A DNA stretch of 64,000 bases, taken from positions 854,084 through 918,083 of the forward strand of contig MU056050.1 of NCBI GenBank assembly GCA_013239625.1, in the 5' to 3' direction. Every line of letters begins with the position of its first letter. Position 1 is the first letter of the stretch. Position numbers and translations under genes: made by a program. Origin of the DNA: Lama guanicoe. Taxonomy: Eukaryota. The notes below the pieces were generated by a model. The model did not search any database. It was not told where the DNA came from and was given only the letters and a program-made list of their open reading frames with translations. Shown here in pieces: positions 24,900-37,769 of the stretch.

Positions 24900-27800
24900 G
24901 GTTGTACTGTTGTGTACTTTTTTGTACTCTGATTTTTTTCACATAGCAATTTTACGTATTCTATATAACAGACTCCTTACATTTGTTACTTTTACTGCTT
25001 ATAAAAAAATCTTTGTTAAATATCAGTAATAAAGAACATTTGTACACTTTCCTGTTTTTTGTAGTTGTGCAGAGCACTGCCTTGAGAATTGTAGTACAAA
25101 TTACCTTTCCCCTTTGGCTATTTCCTTGGGGGTATATTCCCTACAATGGAGTTACTAGGAGAAAAATTGTGAGTAGTCTCTTTCTTCTTTTTGTACATAG
25201 CCAAATTAACATCCTGCAAAACTGAGTCAATTTACAGATCCAATAGCAATGTATAAGTGCACCCATTTCCCCAAATTTCTGCTAGCTGATGACTATAAAC
25301 TGTATGTGTTTGTTACTTTAATAGATAAGTAATGGAACTTTTAAGTTGTTTTAATTTATATTCATTTAATTGCTATTGAGGATTTATCTTTTTTTTCACA
25401 TGATTATATCCTATTTCAATCTTTTTATATAAACTGCCTGTTCATCTTCTTTGTTAACTTATCAGGTGGAATCTGAGTATTAGCCTGATATATGTACATT
25501 AATTTTTTATTCAAGTTGGATAGTGAGCCGTTATCAGTTACATTTTTCTCATGAATTTTTCCCATTATGATGCTTTCTTTTGATAGTCATTTTATTACAT
25601 TTCATAGCATTTCATAGCTTAACAGCCTTTTTATTTTTAAGGCATTTGAATACATTTATCTTGTATGAGATGGCATACTCTATTTCCTTAAAATTCAGAA
25701 ATACATCTCCCTTGTAAAGCTGGAATAAAATGCCATTTCATAGTGAGCTACCTGGTTCACTATCCCCAAGCTCTTTTAATCCTCACCTTTGGAACCACTT
25801 AACCTCTGCGTGTATAGTAAGCCTGGACTGGCTCAACCTGTTTTCTACTAACTTGGTTTCTGCCTCCTTCCTGTAATTGTGCTTAGACCTTTCACAGCAG
25901 TTCTATCACAGGGTCTCTGCTTTGATAATCTACCTCGTACTCTGAATCTTCTAAGACTGGGAATTTGCCTTTCCCTCCCCTGTTCTTTTAGCAGCTTGGT
26001 TTCTGATTCTAAATCCCAGCCTAGCAACTGGGACTGCAGAATCTGCTGCCATAACTCTGGACATCAGCTGCCTATCCAAATAATGCCCACCTCCACTGCC
26101 GTCCACGTTGCTCTTCTTTACCTGTCTCCCAGACCACCAACACCTGCCCCCTCTCCTGGGCTTCCCCAGTGCTGACTGTTTACCTGGACTGCCATCTCTC
26201 ATCCCTGGATTCTCCAGGCATTGGCCTGCCTGGCTGGAACTCTTACCCATTGCCTTTAGCTGAATCTGTCTTACTGCAACATAATGGATGCATTTTTCTT
26301 CTCAGATACTAGCTTTGACCTCTCCTGACACCAAATTTCAATTTTTAAAACATAATTTAACTTTATAATTTAGCAAAATACTTTGTCATTGAAGTTTTGA
26401 CTGTTATCTGGAATTTGGTGCAAATGTACAGTGTATGGAATGGGTTTGAGTTATTTATTTTTAACCATATATGTAACCAGCTGGGAAAACAATTATAAAT
26501 GATTTTTTCTCCATTGCTCTGTAACTTTTATTTTTAACAAAATTTTAGTTATTATAATAATAATAATTTGAATCTATTTCTGAAAGCTCTATATCATTGA
26601 TTAGTCTCCCTCATTTAGTTAAAATAGCACATAATTCTGGCAACTGTTGAAGTATGTGTTTGTGAATGTGAGTATTGTCATCTTTATCTTTCTCATTGTT
26701 AGATTTATTTCTCTACTTATTTAAATCTTCCATTTTTTACTCATTAGGGCCTCAGTTTTCTTTGTGTCACAAACAATCAATGCTTTGACATTACTGTTCT
26801 AGTAACTACTGAGAATGTAATCTCATTTTTTCCAGTTATTCATTGTATTTTCTGTATTATTAGTATATAAGGATGCATTTAATTAATTTATTTTGGATTT
26901 GCTTCATTCCACAACACTGATGAACTCATTTATTACCTCTGGTAATTTTTTGGTTGACTTCTTTGGATTTTCTGAGTACTATTTATTCATGTCACAAGCA
27001 AAAAGTGATTTTTAGTATCCTCCTTTTATAAATGTACCTTCAGTTCCTTTTTTTCTCTCTGGAAATCTTGGTCAATATTCCATTAAAAGAGAATGGCAAC
27101 CAGGAAAAGAAAAAGGGCTAGCATTTTGGGGGTTGTATTTTTGCCTGTACTTGATTTTAGAGAGAGTAATTCTGGTCACACTTCTCTATGAACTGTATCA
27201 TTGATTCAGTTTTTAAATGTGCCCTTTTCATGTTAGGAATGAAAACATTTAATTTTGTTAAGAAAATACGTTGAACATTACCAATGTTTCTTGGCAGCTA
27301 TTGAAAAAATAAAAAATGTATATATTTTCCCATCACCACATTACACTAACTTGTATTGGTAGAATAAATAGTAAGTTATAGTTGATAACTTTAAAAAATT
27401 ATGTTCTAGTATTCTATTTCTTCAGATTTTAAGATTTTACTCAGGCTATACACACATATATAGGTTGAATAATATAATACATAATATATGTATATACAAA
27501 CACATACACACATTGTTTTTTCAAAAGTAATATCAGCCTAGAATTCTCTCATTTGATATTTTTCTTCTCAATTTTTAGAATAAAAACATATCTGCCTTAT
27601 ACCATGACATGGGCAGCATAACTTCTTTTTCTGTATTTAAAAATGATTTGAAGCAAAAGAAGATGTAGTCTAAGAAAGTTTGAAATAAGTTTTACTGACT
27701 CCATCAGCTCCAGTTTATTTAAGCATTTGTCTAAAAAATGTAACTTCCCATCATTGGAGTAGTATATGCATTCTCTGTTTCTTGTAGTACTGATTTTTAG

Positions 27801-27900
27801 TCTTTGTGTTTTAGTAGAAATGTATTCTTTTTTAATAAATGGTTACCAAATTTATTTGAAAATACTCAAGAGGATTTAATTTTTCCTGTCATTCTAATTC
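24900..27900 (-). mobile_element. Highly degraded ancient L1 (L1ME-type) fragments with a unique interruption at about 25700-26330
   Basis: T-rich antisense L1 text: tatttccttgggg...attcc; agcaatgtataagtgcacccatttcccc; ctttggattttct. Confidence 0.55.
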
Positions 27901-27904
27901 AAAC

Positions 27905-27979
27905 ATGTAGTTTAATATATTTTTTGAGCACTTACTGTGTGCCAAACACTGATTTAGACACTAGGGATGAAGCAGTAAA

Positions 27980-28010
<31 letters not shown>

Positions 28011-28335
28011 CATACAAACAAACACACAAATTCTCTATTGTCATTTATAGAGCTTACAGTCTAGTAAGAGTAAGATGAGACAGACCTAAAGGTGGTAATT
28101 GAATAAATATAAATTGTGTTGACTGCAATGAAGGAAATAAATAAAAATGGTACAATAAAGAGTACTTGGTCATGTAGGTAGGGTAGTCTACTTTCTGTTA
28201 GGTTATCAGGGAAGGCCTGTCTGAACAGCTGATATTTAAGCTGAACTAGCCAAGGAAAGGGCTAGCAGAGGAGCATTCTAAGCAGGAGAAACAACAGAGT
28301 GAAGACCCTGAGATGGTAGAGAGCCTGGTATACCT
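27905..28335 (-). mobile_element. L2 3' end with an internal A-run/(TA)n at about 27977-28010
   Basis: ttgagcacttactgtgtgcc...gagcttacagtctagt...tcagggaaggcct. Confidence 0.8.
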
Positions 28336-28947
28336 ATGGCTTGTGTTTGTCTTCTTTTTAATTAATTGATGTAATCTTTTATTTGCCAGATATATTATTT
28401 TCCCCCCTTATACCCACACACTGGCTTTATTTATTAACCCCCCCCCTTTTTTAATTCCTGTATTTTGCTTCTGTCTCATCTAAGTTTTCTTTTCTCTTTT
28501 GGCTTATAATACTTGATTCTCTTCCTTTTTCCTAAGAAATCAGATTTTTTTTTTCTTTACTGAGCAACAACAGGACTCATGTAACCCATTGGATCTCCCT
28601 ATTTGTATCAATTGCTAGGAAACCCTGAACTACATTTGTGACCATTCTCTAGGAAATGGAAAGACATTCTAGCATGCATTTTTGTACTAAACTCACTGCT
28701 AGTTTAATCTGAATTGTACTTCCCGTATTTTTTCTTTGACATGATTTTCCTTAGTTTCCCTTAGTTTTGGGGAGAAAAGACTTTGATTATCACAGTTTAT
28801 TATGTTATTTTAAATGATAGAACTTTAAAAATGATTACAAAATTTTATTACCTTTTACATTAGATCTATCTGTAGCCATATCTGTTCCTCCTTGAACCAA
28901 GATGGGACACCATGTGAACAGTTGTCTTATAAGTACTTTAAGTGAGG

Positions 28948-29565
28948 CTTTTTTTTAATTTAAAAAATTGTGGTATAAGTTACATATGGTAAAATTTGCC
29001 CTGTTTACTAGCGTATACTTCTGTAAGTTTTGACAAGTGCAATCCAACAAAATTAAGAGATGAAACAATTCCACTGCCCTCTTCTCCAATTCCCCCCCAT
29101 ACCTTTTTGTATTTAATCCCTCCTCCCAGCCTCTGACATATCTGTTTTCCATCTCTATTATTTTCCCTTTTCCAGAATGCCACATAAATGGAATCATACA
29201 GCGTGTATTCTTTTGCAATGGCTCCTTTCACTTATCATAATGGATTTGACATTCATCCATGTTGTTACATATCTATGGCTCTTGCCTTTTAATTCCTAAT
29301 TAAGCTCTGAGATTCCAATATACGATGTAATGCACCACAATTTATTTATGCACTACTTGATAGGACGATTGGGTTTTTTCCCAGATTTTGATGCTTAACA
29401 AAAAAAAATCCTGTATAAATACTCACTTGTGTCTTTTTGCGTGAGCATAGGTTTCATTTCATTTAAACACCTAGGAGCATAATCACTGGTTCATATAGTA
29501 AATGTGCATTTTTTATGAGAAGGTGCCTACTTTCCGGAGTGGTTAAATCATTTTACCTTCCTTCC
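28948..29565 (-). mobile_element. L1MC/L1MD-type 3' end
   Basis: gttttgacaa...ccagaatgccacataaatggaatcataca...cacctaggag. Confidence 0.8.
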
Positions 29566-29979
29566 TAGTTGTGGATTTAATTCACTACATTTCTCTTTTT
29601 CAAGTGCCGCACATACTTTTACTGCTTTTTGGCCAACACTTGTTATAAGGTATTTAGAACAAAGAGAAGATACATTGTGTAATATTTAAAATTAGCAATA
29701 ATTTAAAAGCAAAACCTAAAAGCATGTCACAGGTAGTATTTTCATTTTGATTTCATAAAATGTCAAATCCATTAATTGATTTTGCTTTACTCTTACAATT
29801 TTCATTTCTTTTTAAGCTCATCTTGCTTTTAATAAGTAATGAGGTCTAAGAGAGCTCTATTTTGTATGGAGTTTTGTCTTTTAGCAAGTAAAGTTATATT
29901 GAGAATGAATTAAAAATGGGATACTAAAGAGTGGAATAGCATATTGAAAGCCTTTTGTTTTTGTGTAACTTTAAATGTA

Positions 29980-30405
29980 CATTTATTTATTTATTGAACA
30001 AGCATTTACTGGGTATTATGTGCAAGTAACGGTGTTATGTGTCATGGGCAGTACAAAGATGTATGAGATAGAGTCCCTGATACCAAGCAAACCCCCATGG
30101 GATCACTTTCTTAATCTCTTTCCCAGATTCAGCTTTCTCATTTGATATATAAAAGGTTGTATTATGTGTGCAGTTGCTACTATCTTTGAAATGTAACAAT
30201 CCCAGATTCAAACCCTGGCTCTGCTACTTACTAGATGTCTGACCTTGAGTGCAAGTTGCTTAATGTTTCTAAGCATCGCTTTCTTCATCTAAAAAATTGA
30301 CTGATAATACTTTTTTTACATTTCCTATGAGGATTAAAATTTAAATGCAATAATGTATTTAATGTGGTGGCAGGGTAATGGACACATAGTAACTACTCAA
30401 AATTG
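29980..30405. mobile_element. L2 3' end (29980-30090) and MIR (30195-30405, plus)
   Basis: aacaagcatttactggg (L2); ttcaaaccctggctctgctacttactag (MIR). Confidence 0.7.
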
Positions 30406-30876
30406 GTGTCCTTGAAAAATTATTTCTATGACATTTACAATTTATATTCTAGTAGTGAAGATAAAATGTATATCACTGTAGTTTAGTTGCCCTGTATAAC
30501 TATGAAATGGTTCTTTTGTTGCAAAACACAATCTGTATCAAAGGTAATTATTTGATTAAACAAGTTATAGTCATTTTTCCATTGTTGAGTATTCTTATTT
30601 TCGACACAGCATGAGTTATATACTAGTGCCAGTTGAGCAGCAAATTTCCAGAGATCATTCATTTCCTTAAAAAATTATGTACAGTTGGATTTTGGCAACT
30701 GAGAGGCAAGTTCTAGCTAACTCACTGACAAAGAAGCAATTTACAGATTTTCAAGTTTTAAATGAAAAAATCCCTATTGAAATCGTTGAAGAAGGGCCAA
30801 ATATGCAGTGTGTCAGAAGCATAGAAGTGTGAGCTCTCAAAATATGCATGCTTTGACCTTTTTCTGTTTGTTTTAG

Positions 30877-30925
30877 CTTTACAGCTCTGCAACCTATTAG
30901 AAGATGGAGGACTGCGGACATTTTG
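30877..30925 (+). other. Internal 49-nt exon of an unidentified large + strand host gene (coding or 5'UTR unresolved)
   Basis: Branch-point-like ctttgac, then a pyrimidine tract tttttctgtttgtttt and AG at 30875-30876. Consensus donor TTG|GTAAGT at 30926. A second AG at 30883-30884 would give a 41-nt exon. Lies in non-repeat sequence. Two frames are open (xFTALQPIRRWRTADIL; xLQLCNLLEDGGLRTFx). The third has a stop followed by ATG (MEDCGHF). Confidence 0.7.
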
Positions 30926-31199
30926 GTAAGTTGAAATGGGCTTTCATTTCAAAATGCTCTGATCCAAGACTGGTTTCCTTTTTGGATATGGTTTAATGCC
31001 TGTTAGTGCAAGGAAGAAGTCATTGGCTTGGACAGATCTGTGGCCTGGCGCTGAAGAACTGTAGAGCTGTGGAGCCATGCCCCAAAGAGATGTGCAGGAC
31101 CAAGTCGTTGGTAGCTGTGAACAAGTAGAAATATTTCATGCCAGGGAGAAATCCTCAACATTTTATGCCTTCTCATTCCAGGGCTTCAGAGTTTCTTTT

Positions 31200-33450
31200 C
31201 TTTCTAATTTTAATTAATTCCTTAACTACATTCTTCTTTTTAAAAATTAAAATATTATATATGAGACCAAAGTCTGCTTTAATCAGTAGTCCCAACTCCA
31301 GTCTATTCTTTCTTCTCGGATTAACTACTTTCACAAGTTTGATTTTACCCTTTCAAATTTCTGCCAGGCTTTTCCATACTTACATACGTATCTTCTTTTG
31401 GGCTATGTGTGCTTGTGCGTAGGTGCCTATGCATGCTCATGTGCACTGTCACATAATTGATACTATTCTGTACAAAGTATCTTGCAACTGTTTTTTTCCT
31501 TTGCTCAACAAAGTGTCTCAGGTGGGTATTTATGTTGTTGCATGTGTACCTAGCTCATCCCTTTTACTAGCTTCGCGTTGTTCTATAATATGAACTCCTC
31601 ATAGTTTATTTAGCAGTTCTCTTATTCATGGGACTTTAGGTTGTTTCAGATTGTCACTAGTAGAATCAACAATTTTTGTAAATGGCTTTGTGTGTATAGA
31701 TGCAAGTATTTTCTGTAGGGGAAATGCAGAGGTTTGAAGTTACTATGTCTTTGAGTACAAGCAATCTCAATAACTATGTATTATCAAATTGCCCTCCAAA
31801 GCTCTTTGTGGCATTTTCTGTACATCTTGCCCAAATCTGAACAAAATCAGACTGTTAAAAATTGAAGCATAGTTGATTTACAATATTGTGTTACTTTCAG
31901 GTGTGCAGCATACTGATTTAGTATTTTTGCAGGTTATAGTCCATTATAGGTTATTACAAGATAACAGCTATAATTCTCTGTACTGTATAGCAAATTCTTG
32001 TTGCTTATCTGTTTTATATATAGTAGTTTGTATCTGTTAATTGCATACCACTAATTTGTCCCTTCTCCCTCCTGCTCCCCTTTGGTAACTACAAGTTTAT
32101 TTTCTATATCTGTGAGTCTGTTTTGCATATTGGTGTTATTTTTGAGATTTCACATATAAGTGATATCCTACAGCATTTGTCTTTGTCTGACTTATTTCGC
32201 CAAGCATAAGATTCTCTAGGTCCATCCTTGTTGCTGCAAATGGCAGTATTTCATATTTTTTATGGCTGAGTAAGATTCTGTTGTATATATACACACATCA
32301 CATCTTAATCCAGTTATCTGTTGATGGGCATTTGGGTTGCTTTCATAGCTTGCCACCATGAACATTGAGGTATATGTATCTATTCTAATTAGTGTTTTCG
32401 TTCTTTTTCTGGATACATACCCAGGAGTGGAGTTGCTGGATCATATGGTAGTAATACTTTTAGTTTTTTGAGGAATCTCCATAGTGTTTTGGATAGTGGC
32501 TGCACCAACTTAGATTCCCACCAACAGTGTACAAGTGTTCCCTTTTCTCCACATTCTCGCTAACATTTGTTATTTGTATACTTTTTGATGATAGCCATTC
32601 TGATAGGTGTGAAGTAATATCAGTGTTGTTTGGATTTGCATTTCTCTAATAATTAACAGTGTTGAACATCCTTTCATGTTCCTGTTAGCCATCTGTATGT
32701 CTTGTTTGGAAGAATGTCTATTCAGATCTTCTGCCCATTTTTTGATTGAATTGTTTATTCTTTTGATACTGAGTTGTATGAGCTGTTTGTATTTTTTAGA
32801 TATTAACCCCTTGTTAGTTACATTGTTTGCAAATCTTTTCTCCCATTCCATAGGTTGTCTTTTTGTTTTGTCGATGGGTATCCTTTGCTATGCAAAACTT
32901 TTTAATTAGGTCCCATTTGTTTAACAAAATCAGACTTCTAAATTTTTGCAAATAATGTTTGAAAAGTAGTAGCTTGTATTTCTGATTTGCATTTCCTTGA
33001 TAACTAAAGGGTTAATTATTTCTTCGTATCTTTATTGGCCATTTGTATTTCTGTTCCTGTAAATTGCCTGTGTAAATTATTTGCCTTTTTTTCTATTGAG
33101 TTGTCTTTTATAGTATGGATTTGTAGGAGTCTTTTGATTATTCCTATTTGGTTAAATGCATTGCAATATCTTCTCCCAGTCTGTTACTTGCTTTTAACTT
33201 TGGTTTGGTAATTTTTTTGTATACCTTTTTTTTTTATTTTGGTATAATCAGATTTATCACTTTCTTTCATTTATGAATTTTGGTTGTGTGAATTGTTTTA
33301 AAAGGATATCTTAAACATATATCTCAAGCTCCTAAAAAGGTTTTCTTCTAGTCTTAATAGATTTTAAATTATTGATTTGTTTTTAACTTTTAAGAATTTA
33401 GTATATTTGGAGTATGTATGTGTGTATATGCATGTGTATGCAAGGTGTGT
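31200..33450 (-). mobile_element. Ancient L1ME-type element split by a younger L1
   Basis: Antisense old-L1 text on both sides (caaattgccctccaaa ... gatttgcatttccttgataact). Confidence 0.65.
31854..32922 (-). mobile_element. 5'-truncated L1 (ORF2 C-terminus plus 3' UTR)
   Basis: ORF 32570-32851 (MEWEKRFAN...[10 protein letters not shown]...IIREMQ) is L1 ORF2. 14-bp TSD aacaaaatcagact at 31840-31853 and 32923-32936. Confidence 0.92.
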
Positions 33451-33599
33451 CTTATCTGAGGCAAGTGAGGTTAATTTTTTTCTTTCTTAAATTTTTGATA
33501 TGTTGGGTTCCAGAGTACTCAAGATGGTCTTTTTGTTTGTTTGTTTGTTTTTTCTTCCTCTCCTCTAGCATCTTTCTCTCTCCTTAGACTTGGGTCCTC

Positions 33600-33973
33600 C
33601 ATCCTTATATATAGATATAGATATTTATTTACTTATTTACTTTCTTACTTATTTAAAGGAATTGGCTCCTGGGGTTGTGGGGGATGGCAAGTCTAAAATT
33701 TGCAGAGCATGTTGGCAAGTTGGAAACTCAGACAGGCGTTGATTCTTTAGTCTTAAAGCAGAATTTCTTCTTTTCTGGGAGACTGAAGTTCTCACTATTA
33801 AGGCCTTCAACTGATTGGCTGAAACCCACCTACATTATCAGTGATAACCTCCTTTACTTAAAGTCAACTGACTGTAGATGTTAATTACATCTACAAAATA
33901 CCTGCACAAGCTAAATTAGCAGAGTAGGTGAGGACCACAGTCTAACCAGGGTGACACAAAGTTAACCATTACA
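33600..33973 (-). mobile_element. ERVL LTR (MLT2C/D-like)
   Basis: aaggaattggctc...aggccttcaactgattgg...ctttacttaaagtcaactga...ttaaccattaca. Confidence 0.85.
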
Positions 33974-35704
33974 GGTAGTAAGGGGAAGAAATTGAATGTG
34001 AATCCTTTCATGATTGGCTTAAAGCCTCCATTTGTAACCATTGGGATTCTGTCTTAGTTTCCTGTATCTGAGTTTTTGTTTTGCAAATAGCTCTCTCTAT
34101 ATAATAGTAATGGATGAATCAATAAAATCAGCTGCCTAAATAACTGGATTTCTTGACTTTTTAAACCCCAGTCTCTCTGAGACTCAGCATATTTGCTATA
34201 AGGATTTACGCTGTTTCAACTGAGTGCCTGTTTGGCCTGATGATTAATTGAATATCCGGTGATAGGATTACTTTCCACTACCCTACATATCCTTTCTCAT
34301 AAAAATACCTCGTTTTGGATCTCCTCATGCCTGTATGTCAAATTAGTATAACCTGATAGTGTTTCATTGTTCAGATACTTAGCTTTTCATGCCCCTAAAT
34401 TCTAGGACCACGGCTCTCCTGTCCTCTTCTAATCCAAACCACAGTTCAGGACCTTTCGGGTATCATGGTAGAAATCAGTGATCATGGTTCAGAATTAGTA
34501 TTCACAAGCAAGAGATTGGGCTGAATCTATACTGACCTCAGGGCATTTCCTGGAATTTGGCTTGTTGCTGCTGATGTTTTTAATAAACCTCTGACACAAG
34601 CTTATTTTGTGATAATAATCATTCTACTAAAATGTGAACACAGTGGGGAAAAACAGTTTAATTGAAAGGACTGTTAGTTGGATTCCAATTAATTGAAATT
34701 TTATGGTATTTGTTTATGATAATGTAACAGTTATCCTGGCACTATCTTATTTAATATCTGTTGAAAACATTGTTGAGAAGTGAATTAAAATAAATGACAA
34801 GGAAGCCCATTGCCAGTCATTAACTCTTATGAATTAGTGAGAATATAAACAAGCATGGTGGTAAATCAAAGTTCCTACTTTCTCAGGATGTAATTTATTT
34901 CAAGTAGAATCACTTTCTCTGCAGTATTTGGACATCAGAAAATATCCTGTGCTGAGGTCTAAGAAATCAGTGCTTGCTTTGGCTCTCCAGACTGTTGTTT
35001 CCTGCTAAGCGCCGTTAGACCACTGGATTTCTGCACGCTCATATTTAACAACTGGAAAGAAATGTATTCTTAAAAATGACAGAGAAAAATAAATCCCTCC
35101 CAGAGGGCAAGTTTGGAGTACTCAATTGTGAAAAGGGCTAGTCTCAGATAACTATAAGTTGTACCTAGCATTCTCATTATTGTTCTCAAGGGGGGCATTT
35201 CCTAGGTGCATTCCTGGAATAAGCCTGGCCCACAGGATCATTTCCTAGCTCTGAATTATTTCAGCTTGTATGTTGCTTTGAAACATTCACGAGTTGGACG
35301 AACTTGATTTGTAACTCAGTCATTCAGGTATGCCTACTGTGTGTCCACATAGCACCTATGATGTGGCACACACTGTTCTAAGCAATTGAGGAAAAACCTA
35401 TATGAGTGTAATCTTAGAGTCTTATCCCTGCTTCAGCTAGCCCCACACAGGATCAAGCTTACCTTGGTCTTCTTTCTGATGTTGTTGCTTCAGCTTCAGT
35501 ATTTTTGATGTACTGAGTTCTGGATTTCCTCTACTTGGTTCCTGAAGACCTGCCTGATCCTGGGGTGTAGTGGACTCAGGGAGAGTAGCTTTCAGTCCTG
35601 ATTCTGCCAGTTTTCCTAAAGAGTGTGCATTATTTCCTTTCATCCACCTCCCTACAGTTCACAGAGTCAGAGTTTTATAGAAACCTGTATGTAAGAAGGT
35701 AGGG

Positions 35705-35920
35705 GATGGTAAAATCTTGGGCCCTGTAAACAGTTAAATCTTGACTGTCACTTTACTGGGTGTATGACCTTGGGCAAGTTACTTAATCTTTCTGAACATT
35801 AGTTTCCTCATCAGTAAAATGAGAATAACATCAATCACATCAGAGGGGAGTTATGACGAAGTTTAATAATGTTATTTTGCAAGTAGGATGCCTAGCATAT
35901 AATGCTCCACTTATTATGTT
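35705..35920 (+). mobile_element. MIR SINE
   Basis: tgaccttgggcaagttacttaatc...agtttcctcatc. Confidence 0.85.
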
Positions 35921-36291
35921 ACTGCATGTACCCCAGAAGACAATAATGATTTTAAGGCCTGACATATTCAAACAGCACAGAGTACTAAATAAGCTACTCA
36001 GTGCAGCCAGCCTCTCTTCTGCTTGTTTCTCCTTGTTAGCCTCAGTTTCTGGATTTTTCTAGGCCTCACATCTCTTTATCTTAGTAATGAGGCATCTGGC
36101 ATTAGCTTTGGTATCTTTATTTTTCTGTGGCCTATGTTAATGCAAAATGCTGCAAGGGCTGAATTGTTAAGTTAAATCGCATCCCAGCAGAAGCTTAGTG
36201 GCCAGGATGTCTTTTAGGATATGTGGTCCTTGGAATATGAGGAATTTTATTGAGATGTAGGAGAGGGAAGTAGGGATGAGGGTAGCTTTCT

Positions 36292-36531
36292 TTCTTGCTT
36301 TTCAACATTTTTTATTGAATTATAGTCATTTTATAATCACTGTCAAATTCCAGTGTAGAGCACAATTTTTCAGTTATACATGAACATACATTCATTATCA
36401 CATTCTCTTCTGCTGTGAGCCATCACAAGATCCTGTATATATTTCCCTGCGATACACAGTACAATCTTGTTTATCTTGTTTATCTATTCTACATTTTGAA
36501 ATCCCAGTCCCTTCCCATCCCCGCTTCCCCT
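36292..36531 (-). mobile_element. Young camelid-type L1 3' stub
   Basis: Perfect 17-bp TSD gatgagggtagctttct at 36275-36291 and 36532-36548. Near-identical to the 3' UTR of the L1 at 40657. Confidence 0.93.
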
Positions 36532-36789
36532 GATGAGGGTAGCTTTCTGATTTAAGTTTTCTAGAGGCCTTTAGGGTAGTCCCTGCTTAGGTAGAAAACT
36601 GACTTTGCTTGATTAGGCAATTCTAGTTGATCCCACATTTCTACCAGTCATGTTTTAAAATCATGGGATAAAGAGGAAAGAGAACAATAAAAGAAATTAG
36701 GAGAATTGAAGTCTCATTCTTTATTTGCCACTGCTAGTTATATATGATCTTTGGTTGGACATTGAGGTATAACTGGGGGATATTTGGGT

Positions 36790-37160
36790 TAAAGAAGAGG
36801 AAGATTCAGTATGGACACGATAGCTGTCCTCCACCGTTTAACTTCTACTAAGTGACCTTGAAGATACAAGAGCTAAGACCAGTGGATAGAAGCTATAGTA
36901 AATATAGACTTTGACTTAATATGAGAAAGATGTATTCAAAAAGGAAATAAATGTTCCCCTCAATGAGCTTCCCATAAGTGAGAGTTTTCAAGCACTTGGA
37001 AGGAAATCAAACATCTGTGGAGGGTTAGGTAACAAGACCCTTAAGGCTCTTTCTAGTTACAAGATTATATATTTTAGTCACTTTACTTCTGTGGACCTCA
37101 GTTACTCCATCTAAAACGAGTAGTGTGGCTCATATGATTGTGTGGTTGCTTCCGATGTTT
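36790..37160 (+). mobile_element. L3/CR1 3' fragment and adjoining MIR piece
   Basis: gaccagtggatagaagcta...aatatgagaaaga...gttttcaagca (L3-like); cctcagttactccatc (MIR). Confidence 0.5.
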
Positions 37161-37769
37161 AACTGTCTACAGCTTGTCTAATATGCAACATGTGGAGAAG
37201 TTCAAACTAGGTTCCTTTTTTGTGGCTCTCATCTGAACCTTGCTTTTGTGGGTTGTGAGACAAATTAGTAGACAAATATGGTAGAAGAGGCCCCAGTAGT
37301 CTGTACCTGGTAGCTTCCTGTGTCTAACCAACCCTTTAGCACCTTAAGTCTATAGTAACATATTTTTAGCTTATTATCTTTTTTTTCCTGTGGTAATTCG
37401 TGAGTTTTGACAGTCATAGGGAGAAGCTAAGTGTTTTATTTCTGCTATGGTGATTTGTACATGCCAGTGCTATAGAGAAATTCAGAGCAGTGTGTTACTT
37501 CAATTTCCTGTATTTTCCCTTGAAGGAAATTATTATTTGTCAGGTCTGCTCATTATAGCCAAGTATTTAGCTGTATGGGAATTTTATCAAAGGGGAAAAT
37601 AAGCTGTGACATTCACAGTCTGTAAGACCCACACGTGAACAATGGCCTCTTTGTCGTGATCCGGCATGTAGAAGGAAACGTTTTGAAGAAAGGAAAGAAA
37701 GGAGGGAGTTTTCTGATAACTAGCACTATTTCTATTGTTCATCTTCAGGGACTGCATTACAGATGAAGA

